A stretch of 64,000 nt of DNA from an uncultured Gammaproteobacteria bacterium (GTDB lineage: Bacteria > Pseudomonadota > Gammaproteobacteria > Steroidobacterales > BM003), in NCBI GenBank assembly GCA_963823435.1, contig CAWGLN010000001.1, forward strand, positions 138,365 through 202,364. Reading direction: 5' to 3'. Every line of letters begins with the position of its first letter. Position 1 is the stretch's first letter. Of this stretch, positions 10,496-21,499 are shown piece by piece. A model generated the notes under the pieces. It saw only the letters and a list, made by a program, of their open reading frames with translations, searched no databases and was not told the origin of the DNA. Position numbers and translations under genes: made by a program.

Positions 10496-11797
10496 ATGGC
10501 TCTTTTTAATCTGGCGGAAGGAAGTGCAGTGAGCCTTTTCGATGACGCAAAACGTTATATTCCTGGCGGCGTAAACTCCCCGGTTCGGGCCTTCGGCTCG
10601 GTCGGTGGTGAACCGGTATTTATCGCCCGCGCAGAGGGCGCCTACCTGTTCGATACCGATGGTCGTCGTTATATCGACTACGTTGGCTCCTGGGGGCCAA
10701 TGATTCTCGGTCACGCCGAAAAGAACGTGATCAAGGCCGTGCAGGATGCGGCCGAGGCCAGCCTGAGCTTTGGCGCTCCGTGCCAGCGCGAGACCGAGCT
10801 TGCGGCCAGGGTGTGCGAACTGGTGCCCAGTATCGAGAAAATACGCATGGTGAATTCCGGTACCGAAGCCACCATGAGCGCCATCCGCCTGGCCAGGGGC
10901 TACACGGGCCGTGACAAGATCCTGAAGTTCGAGGGCTGCTATCACGGACATTCCGACGCGCTACTGGTGAAAGCCGGCTCGGGCGCCCTGACCCTGGGTG
11001 TGCCTACTTCGGCCGGGGTGCCGGCCTCGGTGGCCGAGCACACCATCACCTGTACCTACAACGACCTGGACCAGGTCCGATCCGTATTTGCAGAAATTGG
11101 CGCTCAGCTGGCCTGCATCATCGTCGAGCCCGTTGCGGGCAATATGAACATGGTCACCCCGCTACCGGGTTTCCTGGCAGGCCTGCGGGAACTGTGTGAC
11201 GAATACGGCACCCTGCTGATTTTTGACGAAGTCATGACCGGCTTCAGGGTCGCCCTCGGCGGCGCCCAGGCCCTGTACGGAGTCAAGCCGGATCTCACCA
11301 CGCTGGGCAAGGTGATTGGCGGCGGCCTGCCGGTAGGCGCCTTTGGTGGTCGTGCAGAGGTGATGGATCATATCGCCCCAACCGGCCCTGTCTACCAGGC
11401 CGGTACCCTGTCAGGCAATCCGGTGGCGATGGCCGCCGGACTGGCCACCCTGAAAGGCATAAGCCGTGAAGGCTTCTACGAAGAACTGGGCGCCAGGACC
11501 GCTACCCTGGCCCAGGGTCTGGCAGAAGTCGGCCGCAAATCGGGTATTCCGGTCTTCGCCCGCTCGGTCGGGGGTATGTTCGGGATGTTCTTCACTGACG
11601 CAACATCGGTGGATTCCTTCGACCAGGTCATGCAATGCGACGTGGATCGTTTCCGCAGGTTTTTCCACGGTATGCTGGCCGCCGGTGTCTACCTGGCCCC
11701 ATCGGCATTCGAAGCGGGCTTTGTTTCTATCCGGCACAGCGATGACGACATTCAGGCCACCCTGGAGGCGGCCGCCCTGGCAATGGCGGATCTCTAG
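10496..11797 (+). CDS. hemL: Glutamate-1-semialdehyde 2,1-aminomutase
   Basis: ORF 10445..11797 contains [24 protein letters not shown] and FDEVMTGFR. The start is either the ATG at 10496 or the GTG at 10529, which has the better GGAAGGAAG Shine-Dalgarno. Confidence 0.92.
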   Translation: MALFNLAEGSAVSLFDDAKRYIPGGVNSPVRAFGSVGGEPVFIARAEGAYLFDTDGRRYIDYVGSWGPMILGHAEKNVIKAVQDAAEASLSFGAPCQRETELAARVCELVPSIEKIRMVNSGTEATMSAIRLARGYTGRDKILKFEGCYHGHSDALLVKAGSGALTLGVPTSAGVPASVAEHTITCTYNDLDQVRSVFAEIGAQLACIIVEPVAGNMNMVTPLPGFLAGLRELCDEYGTLLIFDEVMTGFRVALGGAQALYGVKPDLTTLGKVIGGGLPVGAFGGRAEVMDHIAPTGPVYQAGTLSGNPVAMAAGLATLKGISREGFYEELGARTATLAQGLAEVGRKSGIPVFARSVGGMFGMFFTDATSVDSFDQVMQCDVDRFRRFFHGMLAAGVYLAPSAFEAGFVSIRHSDDDIQATLEAAALAMADL

Positions 11798-12309
11798 CCG
11801 GAAAGACGCTCCGCAAGGGCCCGGGCGAAGGTGTTCCGCAAGGCCTCGCCAAAGCAGACCAGGAGAATCTGCGAGGGTGCTTCGGCAAGTGACGAAGCAC
11901 GCAGCACTTCGTCGACGGCTATGCCTGCGGCCTGTTCCACAGGGTATCCATAGACACCGCAACTAATGGCCGGGAAAGCCACGCTGTCACACCCATGACT
12001 GGATGCCAGTAGCATGGCGTTGCGGTAACAGGCTCGTAACAATTCAGCCTCGCCCCGGCGGCCTCCGTTCCACACGGGTCCCACAACATGAATCACGTAC
12101 TTCGCCGGAAGATTGTAGCCGCGTGTAATCCTCGCCTCGCCCGTGGGGCAAGTACCGATTTCCCTGCATGCCTCCAGCAGCCGGGGCCCAGCCGCCCTGT
12201 GGATGGCGCCATCCACTCCGCCACCGCCAGCAAGACTGCTGTTGGCGGCGTTGACAATCGCCGCCACTTCAAGGGTAGTGATATCAGCCTGGACTACCTC
12301 AATTCCCAC
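11794..12309 (-). CDS. Macro-domain protein (O-acetyl-ADP-ribose deacetylase, YmdB-like)
   Basis: 171-aa ORF. It has [25 protein letters not shown] and [10 protein letters not shown], which are typical macro-domain motifs. Confidence 0.85.
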   Translation of the reverse strand: MGIEVVQADITTLEVAAIVNAANSSLAGGGGVDGAIHRAAGPRLLEACREIGTCPTGEARITRGYNLPAKYVIHVVGPVWNGGRRGEAELLRACYRNAMLLASSHGCDSVAFPAISCGVYGYPVEQAAGIAVDEVLRASSLAEAPSQILLVCFGEALRNTFARALAERLSG

Positions 12310-12331
12310 CCGTGCGCTCCGTCACAGTGTC

Positions 12332-13531
12332 CTAGCGTGAGCGGATCCCCGCAACCTTGCGCCGGGCCAGGTCACTCAGCCCCTGAACCAGGACGCGGGC
12401 GGTAGGCAGCCCGTTGAAGTTGGTGGCAGTCGAATAGGTGTAGGCGCCCATAAACAGACCGGCAACCAGGTCACCCACTTTCAGGGTGGGTAATTGCAGG
12501 TCTTCGGTCAGGACATCGAAGCTGTCACACGTCGGGCCGGCCAGGACGCTGGATCGTAATTCGCCCTCGCCAGACAAGGGCACCAGTGGATAGCGTGCAT
12601 TCTCGGTAACGATGCCGTTGTAGGAACCGAAGATACCGTCGTCCAGGTAATACCAGGGCTTGCCGCCGCGCTCGGCACAGCCGATAACGCTGGCAAGCGC
12701 AGTCGCTGCAGGCGCCACCAGGAAACGCCCGGGTTCTGCGATCACACGTATGTCCGTCGGCAGGCCCGCCAAGGCCTCCCGGATGGGTTTGCAGAAATCG
12801 TCGATATCCGGACCCTGCCCGTCGTAATCCGCAGGGAAACCCCCACCTATATCCAGGGTGCGTAATGAACCTTTACCCCACTCCCGGTAGGTTTCCAGCA
12901 GTTGGATACATTGATTAACGGCGTGGGCGTGCATCTCCGGGCCAGGCACCTGGGATCCGGCATGAAAACTCAAGCCGGTGACCTTCAGTTTCAGGCTGGC
13001 CGCCAGTTCCAGCAGGCTGCCCACATCGGCAGGCGTACAACCAAATTTCTTGGACAGGTCGCAACGCGCGCCCGGGTTGGGAAAGGACACGCGCAACAGG
13101 ATATTCAGCTTGTTTTTGTACTGGGCAAGCTTGCGAATCTCCACCGGATTGTCAGCGACAAACGTGGTGCACCCAAAAGCCAGTGCGGCACGAATCTCGC
13201 GGTCGCTCTTTATCGGATGGGTATGCAGACAACGTCCGGCCTCCACCCTGGCGTCACGCATGAGTTGCACCTCGCCGCTGGAAGCCAGGTCAAAATTACA
13301 CCCCAGCTCAGCCAGCGTCGTTATCACCGCCGGATGAGGAAACGCCTTCACTGCATAGAATAACTGCACCCCGGGTAGCGCATTGGTGAGACGCAGGTAT
13401 TGCATACGCACCTGCCCCACGTTCAATACCAACAAGGGTGTGCCATGACGCTTGGCCAGCCTGGTCCAGACTCCGGCCTGCAGTGCGTTGACCCCAGGTG
13501 CGGTATTCACAGCTTCAGAAATCTCTTCCAT
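12332..13531 (-). CDS. Type III PLP-dependent decarboxylase (ornithine/lysine/DAP decarboxylase family)
   Basis: ORF 12332..13552 opens with TTG. The more likely start is the ATG at 13531 (MEEISEAV...). It shows alanine-racemase-fold decarboxylase features: FYAVKAF (PLP lysine), SFHAGSQ, DIGGGFP, GPTCDS. Substrate specificity cannot be assigned by eye. Confidence 0.8.
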   Translation of the reverse strand: MEEISEAVNTAPGVNALQAGVWTRLAKRHGTPLLVLNVGQVRMQYLRLTNALPGVQLFYAVKAFPHPAVITTLAELGCNFDLASSGEVQLMRDARVEAGRCLHTHPIKSDREIRAALAFGCTTFVADNPVEIRKLAQYKNKLNILLRVSFPNPGARCDLSKKFGCTPADVGSLLELAASLKLKVTGLSFHAGSQVPGPEMHAHAVNQCIQLLETYREWGKGSLRTLDIGGGFPADYDGQGPDIDDFCKPIREALAGLPTDIRVIAEPGRFLVAPAATALASVIGCAERGGKPWYYLDDGIFGSYNGIVTENARYPLVPLSGEGELRSSVLAGPTCDSFDVLTEDLQLPTLKVGDLVAGLFMGAYTYSTATNFNGLPTARVLVQGLSDLARRKVAGIRSR

Positions 13532-14136
13532 CGTTCTAACTATAACCTCCAAAATAAAAGCGGGTGGCTCACAGGCCTCCCTTTGCTACTGCGTTGCGTA
13601 AGCGGGAAAGAACTCGTCTCCCGGCATAGGGTACTAATGGTATCTATTTCAAGTTGGCGAGCAGTCTGCTCGTCCATCCTATCACTGACGGGCCGCACGA
13701 GCGGGCAGCGGTGAACACAGCGGACTTTTCCGGCGCCGGGAATCCGGTGGTCTGGGCCAGGCTGGAGTTCGGATATGAAATAAAATCAAGAAAACCAGGG
13801 CCTGCATGCGCTTGCATCACACCCCTGCCAGCACAAATAGTCATACCAGCCTCTCCAGAGAACAGCAGTCATGTAACAACCCGAACCGCTCTTCGGCGGT
13901 TGGGGAGCCTCACAGGGCCCCGCGCTTGTCTGATTGGGCGGCATAATATCCAAAACACCCGTGTGCACAACATTTTTTTTAACCCGTCTTCGAACGGGGC
14001 GGGCCAACACCCGGACGCCAAGGCTCCCCGTCCGAGGTCCGTGTGCCCTCACCGTACCCGACACAGGGAAAAACATTGCTATTTCGGGCGATATTGGCAG
14101 GTTCGCGGATATTGCCAGGCGGCGACCGGCGCTTCT

Positions 14137-14724
14137 TCAGGCGTCGCTGCGCAGCTGGCTGACATCCCTGGCCAATTGCTGGAGGCGTGCAACAGGATCG
14201 TCAAGCTCCAGATATAACTGCTTTTGCGCAATTGACAGGGGTAGCAGCTCGGCCAATCGGTAGCCAAGCCAGGCGGCGTCCTGTGGCCGCCTGGGAAGAT
14301 CACCGTAGAGCTGCTCGAATTCATCCAGCAAGCCCATGACCACGGTAGACAAATATTCAAGCGCTTCCGGGACGACGATGACCGGCTCCGGCTCCAGCCA
14401 GCTTACGCAAGCCAGGTCCAGGCCATCGGTTTTCTTGCTCATGGATTCTATCCGGAAACATTGCTCGCCCAGCGTGCGGATACTCAGGAGGCCGTCACTA
14501 CCCATATCCCAGTCGACAATACGAGCGGCAGTGCCCATTCCATAAATGCGACTGGATCCTTCCGGCGAATCCTCCTGTACAGCCACCACCCCGAAGCACG
14601 AGTCATTACGCATACAGTGGCTAACCATGTCCACGTATCGAGGTTCAAATATCCTCAAGGGCAGCGGCCCACCGGGGTAAAGCACCACGCGAAGAGGAAA
14701 AATTGGAAAGTCGCTACTCTGCAT
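14137..14724 (-). CDS. LON N-terminal (substrate-binding) domain protein
   Basis: ORF 14137..14781, with a probable start at the ATG at 14724 (MQSSDFPIFPLRVVLYPGGPLPLRIFEPRYVDMV). This is the stand-alone Lon-N/PUA-like domain signature. Confidence 0.75.
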   Translation of the reverse strand: MQSSDFPIFPLRVVLYPGGPLPLRIFEPRYVDMVSHCMRNDSCFGVVAVQEDSPEGSSRIYGMGTAARIVDWDMGSDGLLSIRTLGEQCFRIESMSKKTDGLDLACVSWLEPEPVIVVPEALEYLSTVVMGLLDEFEQLYGDLPRRPQDAAWLGYRLAELLPLSIAQKQLYLELDDPVARLQQLARDVSQLRSDA

Positions 14725-14780
14725 GACCCATTCCGGCTCCTGCACGCTTGCGTCGACCAGACAGCCCGGTCTTTCTACCA

Positions 14781-16170
14781 CTACGGCTCGTCGCGGCCGG
14801 TCGCCAACTCCTGCAACCGACTCATGAGCTTGCCATGCAAGCCACCGAAGCCACCGTTGCTCATAATCAGCACATGATCCCCGGGTCGCGCCTCGGCCAC
14901 AAGGTGTGCGACCAGCTCATCCACTGCCTGGGCTACCTCGACGCGCTCGCCCAGGGGCGCCAGCGACGGTCTGCAGACTCCAGCCCAGCCCGGGGGTCTG
15001 CATTGCCCAAATCCGGTCTGCCAATCTGAGTGACTCGGCCAACTCATCCTTGTGGATGCCCAGTTTCATGGTGTTGGAACGAGGCTCAAGCACCGCCAGT
15101 ATGCGCTGCTCACCTACCCTGGCGCGCAAGGCCGCAAGCGACTCAGCGATGGCCGTCGGGTGGTGGGCAAAATCATCGTAAACAGTGATCCCGCCGGGCT
15201 GACCCAGGAGCTCAAGCCTGCGCTTCACGCCCTGGAATTCCGCCAGCGCACGGGCGGCCATCGACAACTCCACACCCGCATGACGCGCCGCCACCATGGC
15301 CGCAAGCGAATTACTCATATTGTGCCGCCCGGGCATGGTTCCCAGAACCCGGGTGACTGCCTGTCCGTGCTGCAGCACCTCAAACTCACTGCAATCGGCA
15401 TTCAACCCACGGGCCTGCCATTCGGCCCCGATACAATCTGCGGTCCCAAAGCGCTGAATCGGGGTCCAGCATCCGGCGCCCAGCATGTCCTCGAGCTCAG
15501 GTTCCCCGGCATTGCTGACCACCAGGCCGGTTGCCGGCACGGTGCGCATCAATTGGTGAAATTGCCACTTGATCGCGGCCAGGTCCTTGAAGATGTCCGC
15601 GTGATCAAACTCGAGATTATTGAGCACCAGGGTACGCGGGCGATAATGGACAAACTTGGAGCGCTTGTCGAAAAACGCGGTGTCATACTCGTCCGCCTCC
15701 ACCACGAAAAACGGACCCTCGCCCAGGCGTGCCGTCACCCCGAAGTTACCGGGCACACCCCCGATAAGAAAACCCGGTGCAAGACCGGCATACTCCAGAA
15801 TCCAGGCCAGCATGCTGGAAGTCGTGGTCTTGCCATGCGTGCCGGACACCGCCAGCACCCATCGGTCACGCAACACGTGCTCAGCCAGCCAGCGGGGCCC
15901 GCTTTCGTAGGCGAGCCCGCGATCGAGCACGGCCTCAACCGCGGGATTCCCCCGCGACAGTGCGTTGCCGATGACGACCATATCGGGTGCCGGCTTCAGT
16001 ACCGCCGGATCATAGCCCTCGGTCAGCTCTATCCCCAGGCTTCGCAACTGATCTGACATGGGTGGATAGACTTGTTGGTCCGAGCCCGTCACCCGGTGAC
16101 CGGCAGCCCTGGCCAGGGCTGCGACACCACCCATGAACGTTCCACAAACACCGAGAATATGAACGTGCAT
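14781..16170 (-). pseudogene. mpl: UDP-N-acetylmuramate:L-alanyl-gamma-D-glutamyl-meso-DAP ligase (Mpl), one apparent +1 indel near 14966
   Basis: ORF 14917..16170 reads Mpl: MHVHILGVCGTFMGG, GTHGKTTT, and the Mur ligase middle and C-terminal domains. The conserved C-terminus (GDHVLIMSNGGFGGLHGKL) lies in another frame (ORF 14781..15047). Confidence 0.88.
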
Positions 16171-16719
16171 TCAGGTGGCGCCTCCAAATAAACGGGTGGT
16201 GACGAAAACGGAAAGAGCAAACTCCGCCAGCACCAGCAGGATGCCTCCAGGCAGGGGTATCTCCAGCGCCTCGCGCAAGATGTGTCCGGCCACTACCAAG
16301 GACAGGATCAGCAGCAACAACAAGCCGATACCGGGCAGCGCAACACCGGCCGCCGCCTCGGGCAGCGCCCGCATCCATAGATGCAAAGGCAGGCCTGCGA
16401 GAGTCAGGATTGCCCCGCTACCCCAGAGAGCACTGAGGGTCTGCGGGGCCCTGGCCATTTTCCCCCGAAGAGCCAGCAAGACCAGAAAGAAACCGGCCTC
16501 CAGCAACGCCGCCACACTTAATTCAGCCAGGGCTCCCGAGAAGGTGGGGACATGGGTCAGAAAAAGGGCCAGACCACTTGCCAGATAAAGCATTAATACG
16601 GAAAGCAGGAGGAACTGCGAGGCAGGCAAATCCTGGGGACCGCGACGCAGTACGATAATATCGATGTAAATCTTGAGCAGTTGCTGCAAAACCAATCGTC
16701 CAACTGGGAGTGCGACCAT
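16171..16719 (-). CDS. Hypothetical inner-membrane protein (about 5 TM helices)
   Basis: 182-aa ORF with hydrophobic helices and positive-inside loops. Its stop abuts the mpl start. I recognise no family. Confidence 0.55.
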   Translation of the reverse strand: MVALPVGRLVLQQLLKIYIDIIVLRRGPQDLPASQFLLLSVLMLYLASGLALFLTHVPTFSGALAELSVAALLEAGFFLVLLALRGKMARAPQTLSALWGSGAILTLAGLPLHLWMRALPEAAAGVALPGIGLLLLLILSLVVAGHILREALEIPLPGGILLVLAEFALSVFVTTRLFGGAT

Positions 16720-16755
16720 GATAACCTGTCGGGCGCTACATTACCTGATCCTGCT

Positions 16756-17868
16756 ATGACAACAAGACCTTGGGAAATTATCAGAACACCCGGGGAACTG
16801 GACCTCGCACTCCATCGTCTGGAGGGCTCCCATTTCCTTGCGCTGGACACTGAATTCATTCGTGAACGCACCTACCAGTCACGTCTGTGCCTGGTGCAAC
16901 TCGCTGATGAAAACAGTATTTTCCTGCTGGATGCCCTGGCGCTTCCCAGCCTGGATCCCCTGGCCAGGCACCTGGCCAACCCGGCGGTTACCACCGTCGT
17001 GCATTCTGCCCGCCAGGACCTGGAGATTCTGCTGCAGGTTACCGGCCAGCTACCCGCCAGGGTGTTTGATACCCAGGTTGCTGCGGTGTTGCTTGGGCAC
17101 GGCGACCAGGTAGCCTACAGCGCCCTGGTCAGGGACTATTGCGAGGTAGAGCTGGATAAGACCGCCACCCGCACCGACTGGTCGAAACGTCCCCTGGATG
17201 TGCGCCAGCTGGATTATGCCGCCGACGATGTCCGTTACCTGACGCACCTCTTCCTGACCCTGGAGCAAGCCCTGGTTGCCTGTAAACGGATAGCCTGGAT
17301 GGAAGAGGACTGCCGCCTGCTGTGCGAGCCAGGACTGTACGCGGTTGACCCGTGGCAGGCCCACCTGCGTATCAAGGGCGGGCGCAGCCTGGCGGGTGAC
17401 TCACGCAGAGTACTGCGCTGGATCGCCGCCTGGCGTGAAGAGCAGGCCATCCAACGTGACCTTCCCCGCCAGTGGATCTTGAAAGATGCCGGCCTGTTGC
17501 AGATAGCCAACCGCCAGGCCCATAACCGTATCCAGCTAGCCCAGCTGAGCGAAGTTCCCGAGACTTTCATAAACCGCTTCGGCAGCGAAATCAACGAGGC
17601 CGTGCACAAAGCCCTGGAGGCGCCCAGGGAGGCACAGGATGAGACCAGCCCGTCCGGACCGCCCACCGCAAATGAGAAGGCCATGCTTGCCCGCCTGAGA
17701 AAACTACTCAACGAGCGCGCCGAGGCGGTGGGGATTGCCAGCGGATTCCTGGCACCAAGACGGGATCTGGAGCAACTTGTGCAAGGACAGGTACAGATAG
17801 CGGCAACCCGGGGTTGGCGCCGTGAAATTATTGGTGACCTGCTTCTGGAGGCGCTGGAAGCAAACTGA
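16756..17868 (+). CDS. rnd: Ribonuclease D
   Basis: ORF 16681..17868, with a likely start at the ATG at 16756 (MTTRPWEIIRTPGEL). It has the DEDDy exonuclease motifs (LALDTEF, HSARQDLE, YAADDVRYL) followed by HRDC-like repeats. Confidence 0.88.
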   Translation: MTTRPWEIIRTPGELDLALHRLEGSHFLALDTEFIRERTYQSRLCLVQLADENSIFLLDALALPSLDPLARHLANPAVTTVVHSARQDLEILLQVTGQLPARVFDTQVAAVLLGHGDQVAYSALVRDYCEVELDKTATRTDWSKRPLDVRQLDYAADDVRYLTHLFLTLEQALVACKRIAWMEEDCRLLCEPGLYAVDPWQAHLRIKGGRSLAGDSRRVLRWIAAWREEQAIQRDLPRQWILKDAGLLQIANRQAHNRIQLAQLSEVPETFINRFGSEINEAVHKALEAPREAQDETSPSGPPTANEKAMLARLRKLLNERAEAVGIASGFLAPRRDLEQLVQGQVQIAATRGWRREIIGDLLLEALEAN

Positions 17869-17932
17869 CCATACGATGTCACAGGGCCAGGCGACTGCCG
17901 GATCACAAATCCAACCTGTAGCGGCGCCGCGT

Positions 17933-19306
17933 CTAGCGCTGCAAGGTCCCGGCTTTCTGCCTGGCCAGGAAATCCTTGGTTTCGCTAACCGCCACCCCGC
18001 TCAGGAGAATCAGCCCCACAAGATTGGGGAGCGCCATTAAACCGTTCATGACATCCGAAAACAGGAACACAAATTCCAGGCTGTAAACTGAGCCCATGAA
18101 AGCAGCTACGATGTAGATCAGTTGATAAGGCATGACTGCCTTGATACCAAACAGGTACTCGACACTGCGGCCGCCGTAGTAACACCAACCCAGCATGGTA
18201 GAAAAGGCGAACAGCACCAGACAGACGGCGACCGCCACCTGGCCGGTCATGCCGGGCATGGCCGTGGCGAAGGCCATCTGGGTCAGGGCCGCGCCATTTT
18301 GGCCGGACTCGAAAACCCCGGTGGAAACGATCGCAATACCGGTGAAGGAACACACCACGAGGGTATCAATGAAGGTCTGGGTCATGGATACCAGTGCCTG
18401 GCGTACCGGTTCCTTGGTCTGCGCTGCCGCCGCAGCAATGCCGGCACTGCCCAAACCCGATTCGTTGGAGAAGATTCCCCGTGCCACACCGAAACGCATG
18501 GCCGAGGCGATGGTCGATCCGAGGAACCCGCCAGCGGCTGCGGTCCCGGTGAAGGCATCGTGGAAAATCGTGGCGATGGCATCAGGAATCGTTGCCATAT
18601 TCACCAGCAGGACAAATCCGCAGCCCAGCATGTAGATGGCAATCATAAAGGGCACCAGGAAGCCGGTGACCCGTCCAATGGACTTGATACCACCGAGCAC
18701 CACGGCAGCCAGACAGATAGCAACTACCAGGCCGGTTAGCCACTCCTCGATACCAAATGCATTATTCACTGCAGCAGCCATGGAATTGGACTGCACCATA
18801 TTGCCTATGCCGAAAGCCGCAATAGCAGCAAACAAGGCAAACAAGACGCCCAGCGTCCTGCCCAGGGTCTTGTTCTTGATACCCCGGGACAGGTAGTACA
18901 TGGGCCCACCCGCCTGCTCACCCTTCTCGTCCGTAATTCGGTATTTCACCGACAGCAGTGCCTCGGTGTATTTGGTCGCCATACCCACCAGGCCGGTCAT
19001 CCACATCCAGAACAGCGCGCCCGGACCACCCAGCGCAATCGCCGTGGCGACACCGACAATGTTGCCGGTACCGACGGTCGCGGCCAGCGCCGTCATCAAG
19101 GCCTGGAAGTGAGAAATATCCCCCTCGGCGCCTTGCTCGCGTCTGACAATCAGGGCGGTGTACAGGGCCGGCCACAGTTGAGTGAACTGTATGCCCCTGA
19201 GTCTTACGGTCAGGAACAAGCCTGTTGTCAACAACAGGGGTATAAGCAGATAGGGACCCCAGATAAAGGAAGAGGCCGCATCCAACCAGGCTGTCAATTC
19301 TTTCAC
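17933..19306 (-). CDS. Alanine/glycine:cation symporter (AGCS family)
   Basis: 457-aa polytopic ORF with the AGCS motifs [31 protein letters not shown] and [16 protein letters not shown]. Confidence 0.88.
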   Translation of the reverse strand: MKELTAWLDAASSFIWGPYLLIPLLLTTGLFLTVRLRGIQFTQLWPALYTALIVRREQGAEGDISHFQALMTALAATVGTGNIVGVATAIALGGPGALFWMWMTGLVGMATKYTEALLSVKYRITDEKGEQAGGPMYYLSRGIKNKTLGRTLGVLFALFAAIAAFGIGNMVQSNSMAAAVNNAFGIEEWLTGLVVAICLAAVVLGGIKSIGRVTGFLVPFMIAIYMLGCGFVLLVNMATIPDAIATIFHDAFTGTAAAGGFLGSTIASAMRFGVARGIFSNESGLGSAGIAAAAAQTKEPVRQALVSMTQTFIDTLVVCSFTGIAIVSTGVFESGQNGAALTQMAFATAMPGMTGQVAVAVCLVLFAFSTMLGWCYYGGRSVEYLFGIKAVMPYQLIYIVAAFMGSVYSLEFVFLFSDVMNGLMALPNLVGLILLSGVAVSETKDFLARQKAGTLQR

Positions 19307-19428
19307 AGGGGAATCCTCACGCAGAATTTTTTCTTAGAATCTTGCGGGCATACTCTGGCAAACACGTGCACAAATGCAAGCCCCGATCGGCCGCTATCCG
19401 CAAACACCACGTACCCCGCACTCCTTAC

Positions 19429-21336
19429 TCAAGCCGGGCCGTCCTTCCCTGCATAACCAATTTGCCGGAGCGACTCGCCAATTTCTTCAAGAATGGCGGG
19501 GTCGTCAATAGTCGCAGGCATTTTCCACGGCTGTGAGTCGGCGATACTGCGCATGGTGCCACGCAGAATCTTGCCGGAACGCGTCTTGGGCAGGCGGTTA
19601 ACCACCACCGCCTTTTTGAATGCCGCCACCGGGCCGATACGGTCGCGTACCAGTGCAATGACCTCGGCCACTACCTGATCCGGATCTTTCTTCACGCCTG
19701 ACTTGAGGACCAGCAGTCCCAGCGGCACCTGGCCCTTCATATCATCCGCAACACCCATCACCGCACATTCGGCCACATCCGGATGACTGGCCAGCACCTC
19801 TTCCATGGCGCCGGTGGACAAGCGATGACCGGCTACGTTTATGATGTCGTCGGTACGTGACATCACGTGGGCATAGCCATTGTCATCAATCATGCCGGCG
19901 TCGGCGGTAAGGTAGTAGCCGGGGAACTCCGCCATATAGGCCTGGTGCCAGCGCTTGCGCGCATTCCACAGCGTGGGAAAAGCTCCCGGCGGCAGTGGCA
20001 GCTTGACCACCAGGGCGCCGATCTTGCCTTGCTTAACCTGTTTGCCCGACTCATCCAGCACCTGCAGGTTCCAGCCAGGCACGGGTTTGCCCGCTGAACC
20101 ATGCAAGGGTGGAAACTGTTCCAGACCCAGGCAGTTGGCGCAAATGGCCCAGCCGGTCTCGGTTTGCCACCAGTGATCCACCACCGGCACCTGCAACTTC
20201 TCCTCGGCCCATTCCAGGGTAGCTGGATCACTGCGCTCACCGGCCAGGAACAAGGCCCTGAGTGAGGATATGTCGTACTGCTTGATCAAGCCGCCCGTGG
20301 GATCCTCTTTCTTGATCGCACGAAAAGCGGTGGGCGCAGTGAACAGGACATTGACCTTGTGATCCTGAATCACTCGCCAGAACACCCCCGCATCCGGGGT
20401 CCCGACGGGTTTACCCTCGTACAGGATGGTGGTGTTTCGGTTGAAAAGCGGCGCGTAAACAATGTAGGAATGCCCCACTACCCAGCCTACATCGGAGGCA
20501 GCCCAGTAAACGTCGCCGGGCTTGACGTTATAGATGTTGCGCATACTCCAGGCAAGCGCCACGGCATGCCCGCCATTGTCGCGCACCACGCCCTTGGGTT
20601 CTCCCGTGGTCCCGGAGGTATAGAGTATGTACAGCGGATCGGTCGCCTCTACCGGCACACAGGGATGAGGCGTGGCATCGGCCATACATTCGGCCCAATC
20701 CAGGTCGCGACCGGGGATCATTGACGCGGTCACCTGCGGGCGCTGCAGCAGCAGGCAAAATTCCGGTTTGCACTCTGCCAGTTCGATGGCCTTGTCCAGC
20801 AAGGGCTTGTAGTCGACAGTCCTGCCCGGTTCAATACCGCAGGAGGCGGTAAGCACCGCCTTGGGCGCGGCATCGGTGATACGCACCGCCAATTCACTGG
20901 GTGCAAAGCCGCCAAATACCACGCTGTGTATTGCACCCAGCCTGGCGCAGGCCAACATGGCGATAGCCGCTTCCGGCACCATGGGCATATAGATAATTAC
21001 CCGGTCGCCCTTGACCACACCCCGCCCCGCCATTACTCCGGCGAGCCGTGCGACCTGGTCCTGTAATTGCGCATAGGTATAGGTGCGCAGTTGTCCGGTT
21101 ACCGGTGAGTCATAGACCAGGGCCAATTGCTCGCCATACCCGGCCTCGACGTGACGATCCACCGCGTTATAACAGGTATTGAGCCGGCCGCCGGCAAACC
21201 AGTGATACTCGGGTGCGTCCGAATCATCCAGCACCCGGTCCCACTTCCTGTCCCAGTGAATCGACTCCGCGACCTCGGCCCAGAATCCTTCCGGATCCTC
21301 CATGGAACGTCGGTAGCTGTCGTTGTAGGCACCCAT
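19429..21336 (-). CDS. Propionate-CoA ligase / short-chain acyl-CoA synthetase (PrpE/AcsA-like)
   Basis: ORF 19429..21396. The ATG at 21336 has an AGGAG Shine-Dalgarno 6 nt upstream (MGAYNDSYRRSMEDPEGFWAE). It has the AMP-binding motifs YTSGTTGEPKG, WQTETG and [11 protein letters not shown]. It is a paralogue of the acs gene at 22966. Confidence 0.85.
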   Translation of the reverse strand: MGAYNDSYRRSMEDPEGFWAEVAESIHWDRKWDRVLDDSDAPEYHWFAGGRLNTCYNAVDRHVEAGYGEQLALVYDSPVTGQLRTYTYAQLQDQVARLAGVMAGRGVVKGDRVIIYMPMVPEAAIAMLACARLGAIHSVVFGGFAPSELAVRITDAAPKAVLTASCGIEPGRTVDYKPLLDKAIELAECKPEFCLLLQRPQVTASMIPGRDLDWAECMADATPHPCVPVEATDPLYILYTSGTTGEPKGVVRDNGGHAVALAWSMRNIYNVKPGDVYWAASDVGWVVGHSYIVYAPLFNRNTTILYEGKPVGTPDAGVFWRVIQDHKVNVLFTAPTAFRAIKKEDPTGGLIKQYDISSLRALFLAGERSDPATLEWAEEKLQVPVVDHWWQTETGWAICANCLGLEQFPPLHGSAGKPVPGWNLQVLDESGKQVKQGKIGALVVKLPLPPGAFPTLWNARKRWHQAYMAEFPGYYLTADAGMIDDNGYAHVMSRTDDIINVAGHRLSTGAMEEVLASHPDVAECAVMGVADDMKGQVPLGLLVLKSGVKKDPDQVVAEVIALVRDRIGPVAAFKKAVVVNRLPKTRSGKILRGTMRSIADSQPWKMPATIDDPAILEEIGESLRQIGYAGKDGPA

Positions 21337-21423
21337 GGCAGACTCCTGCATCAATATTCGGTTACTCGAACGAGCCGGGGCATTCCGCTGGTTCATGCCA
21401 AGGCTGGAATAATCGGATCGTAG

Positions 21424-21461
21424 AAAAAGAAAAGGCCGCCGGTAACACTACCGGCGGCCTT
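21424..21461 (-). terminator. Rho-independent terminator downstream of the porin gene
   Basis: 13-bp perfect stem aaggccgccggta / taccggcggcctt with a 4-nt loop, followed on the minus strand by TTTTCTTTTT. Confidence 0.7.
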
Positions 21462-21499
21462 GTCTCTACTTTCACATGCACAAACCGGATTTGTACAAA

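Noticed and set aside
14092-14116. Sigma-54 promoter (TGGCAG ... TTGCC)
   Set aside because: The spacing between the GG and GC elements is about 11 nt rather than the required 5 (TGGCAC-N5-TTGCA). There is also no plus-strand gene downstream.
13553-14136. RNase P RNA, tmRNA, 6S or SRP RNA in the large intergenic gap
   Set aside because: The minus strand has GGAAAAGTCCGC, which is reminiscent of the RNase P GGAAAGTCCGGGC box. The other universally conserved blocks (ACAGNAAA-type, GGTAACGCC, and the tmRNA tag-ORF and acceptor ends) are absent. The call is left as unassigned non-coding DNA.
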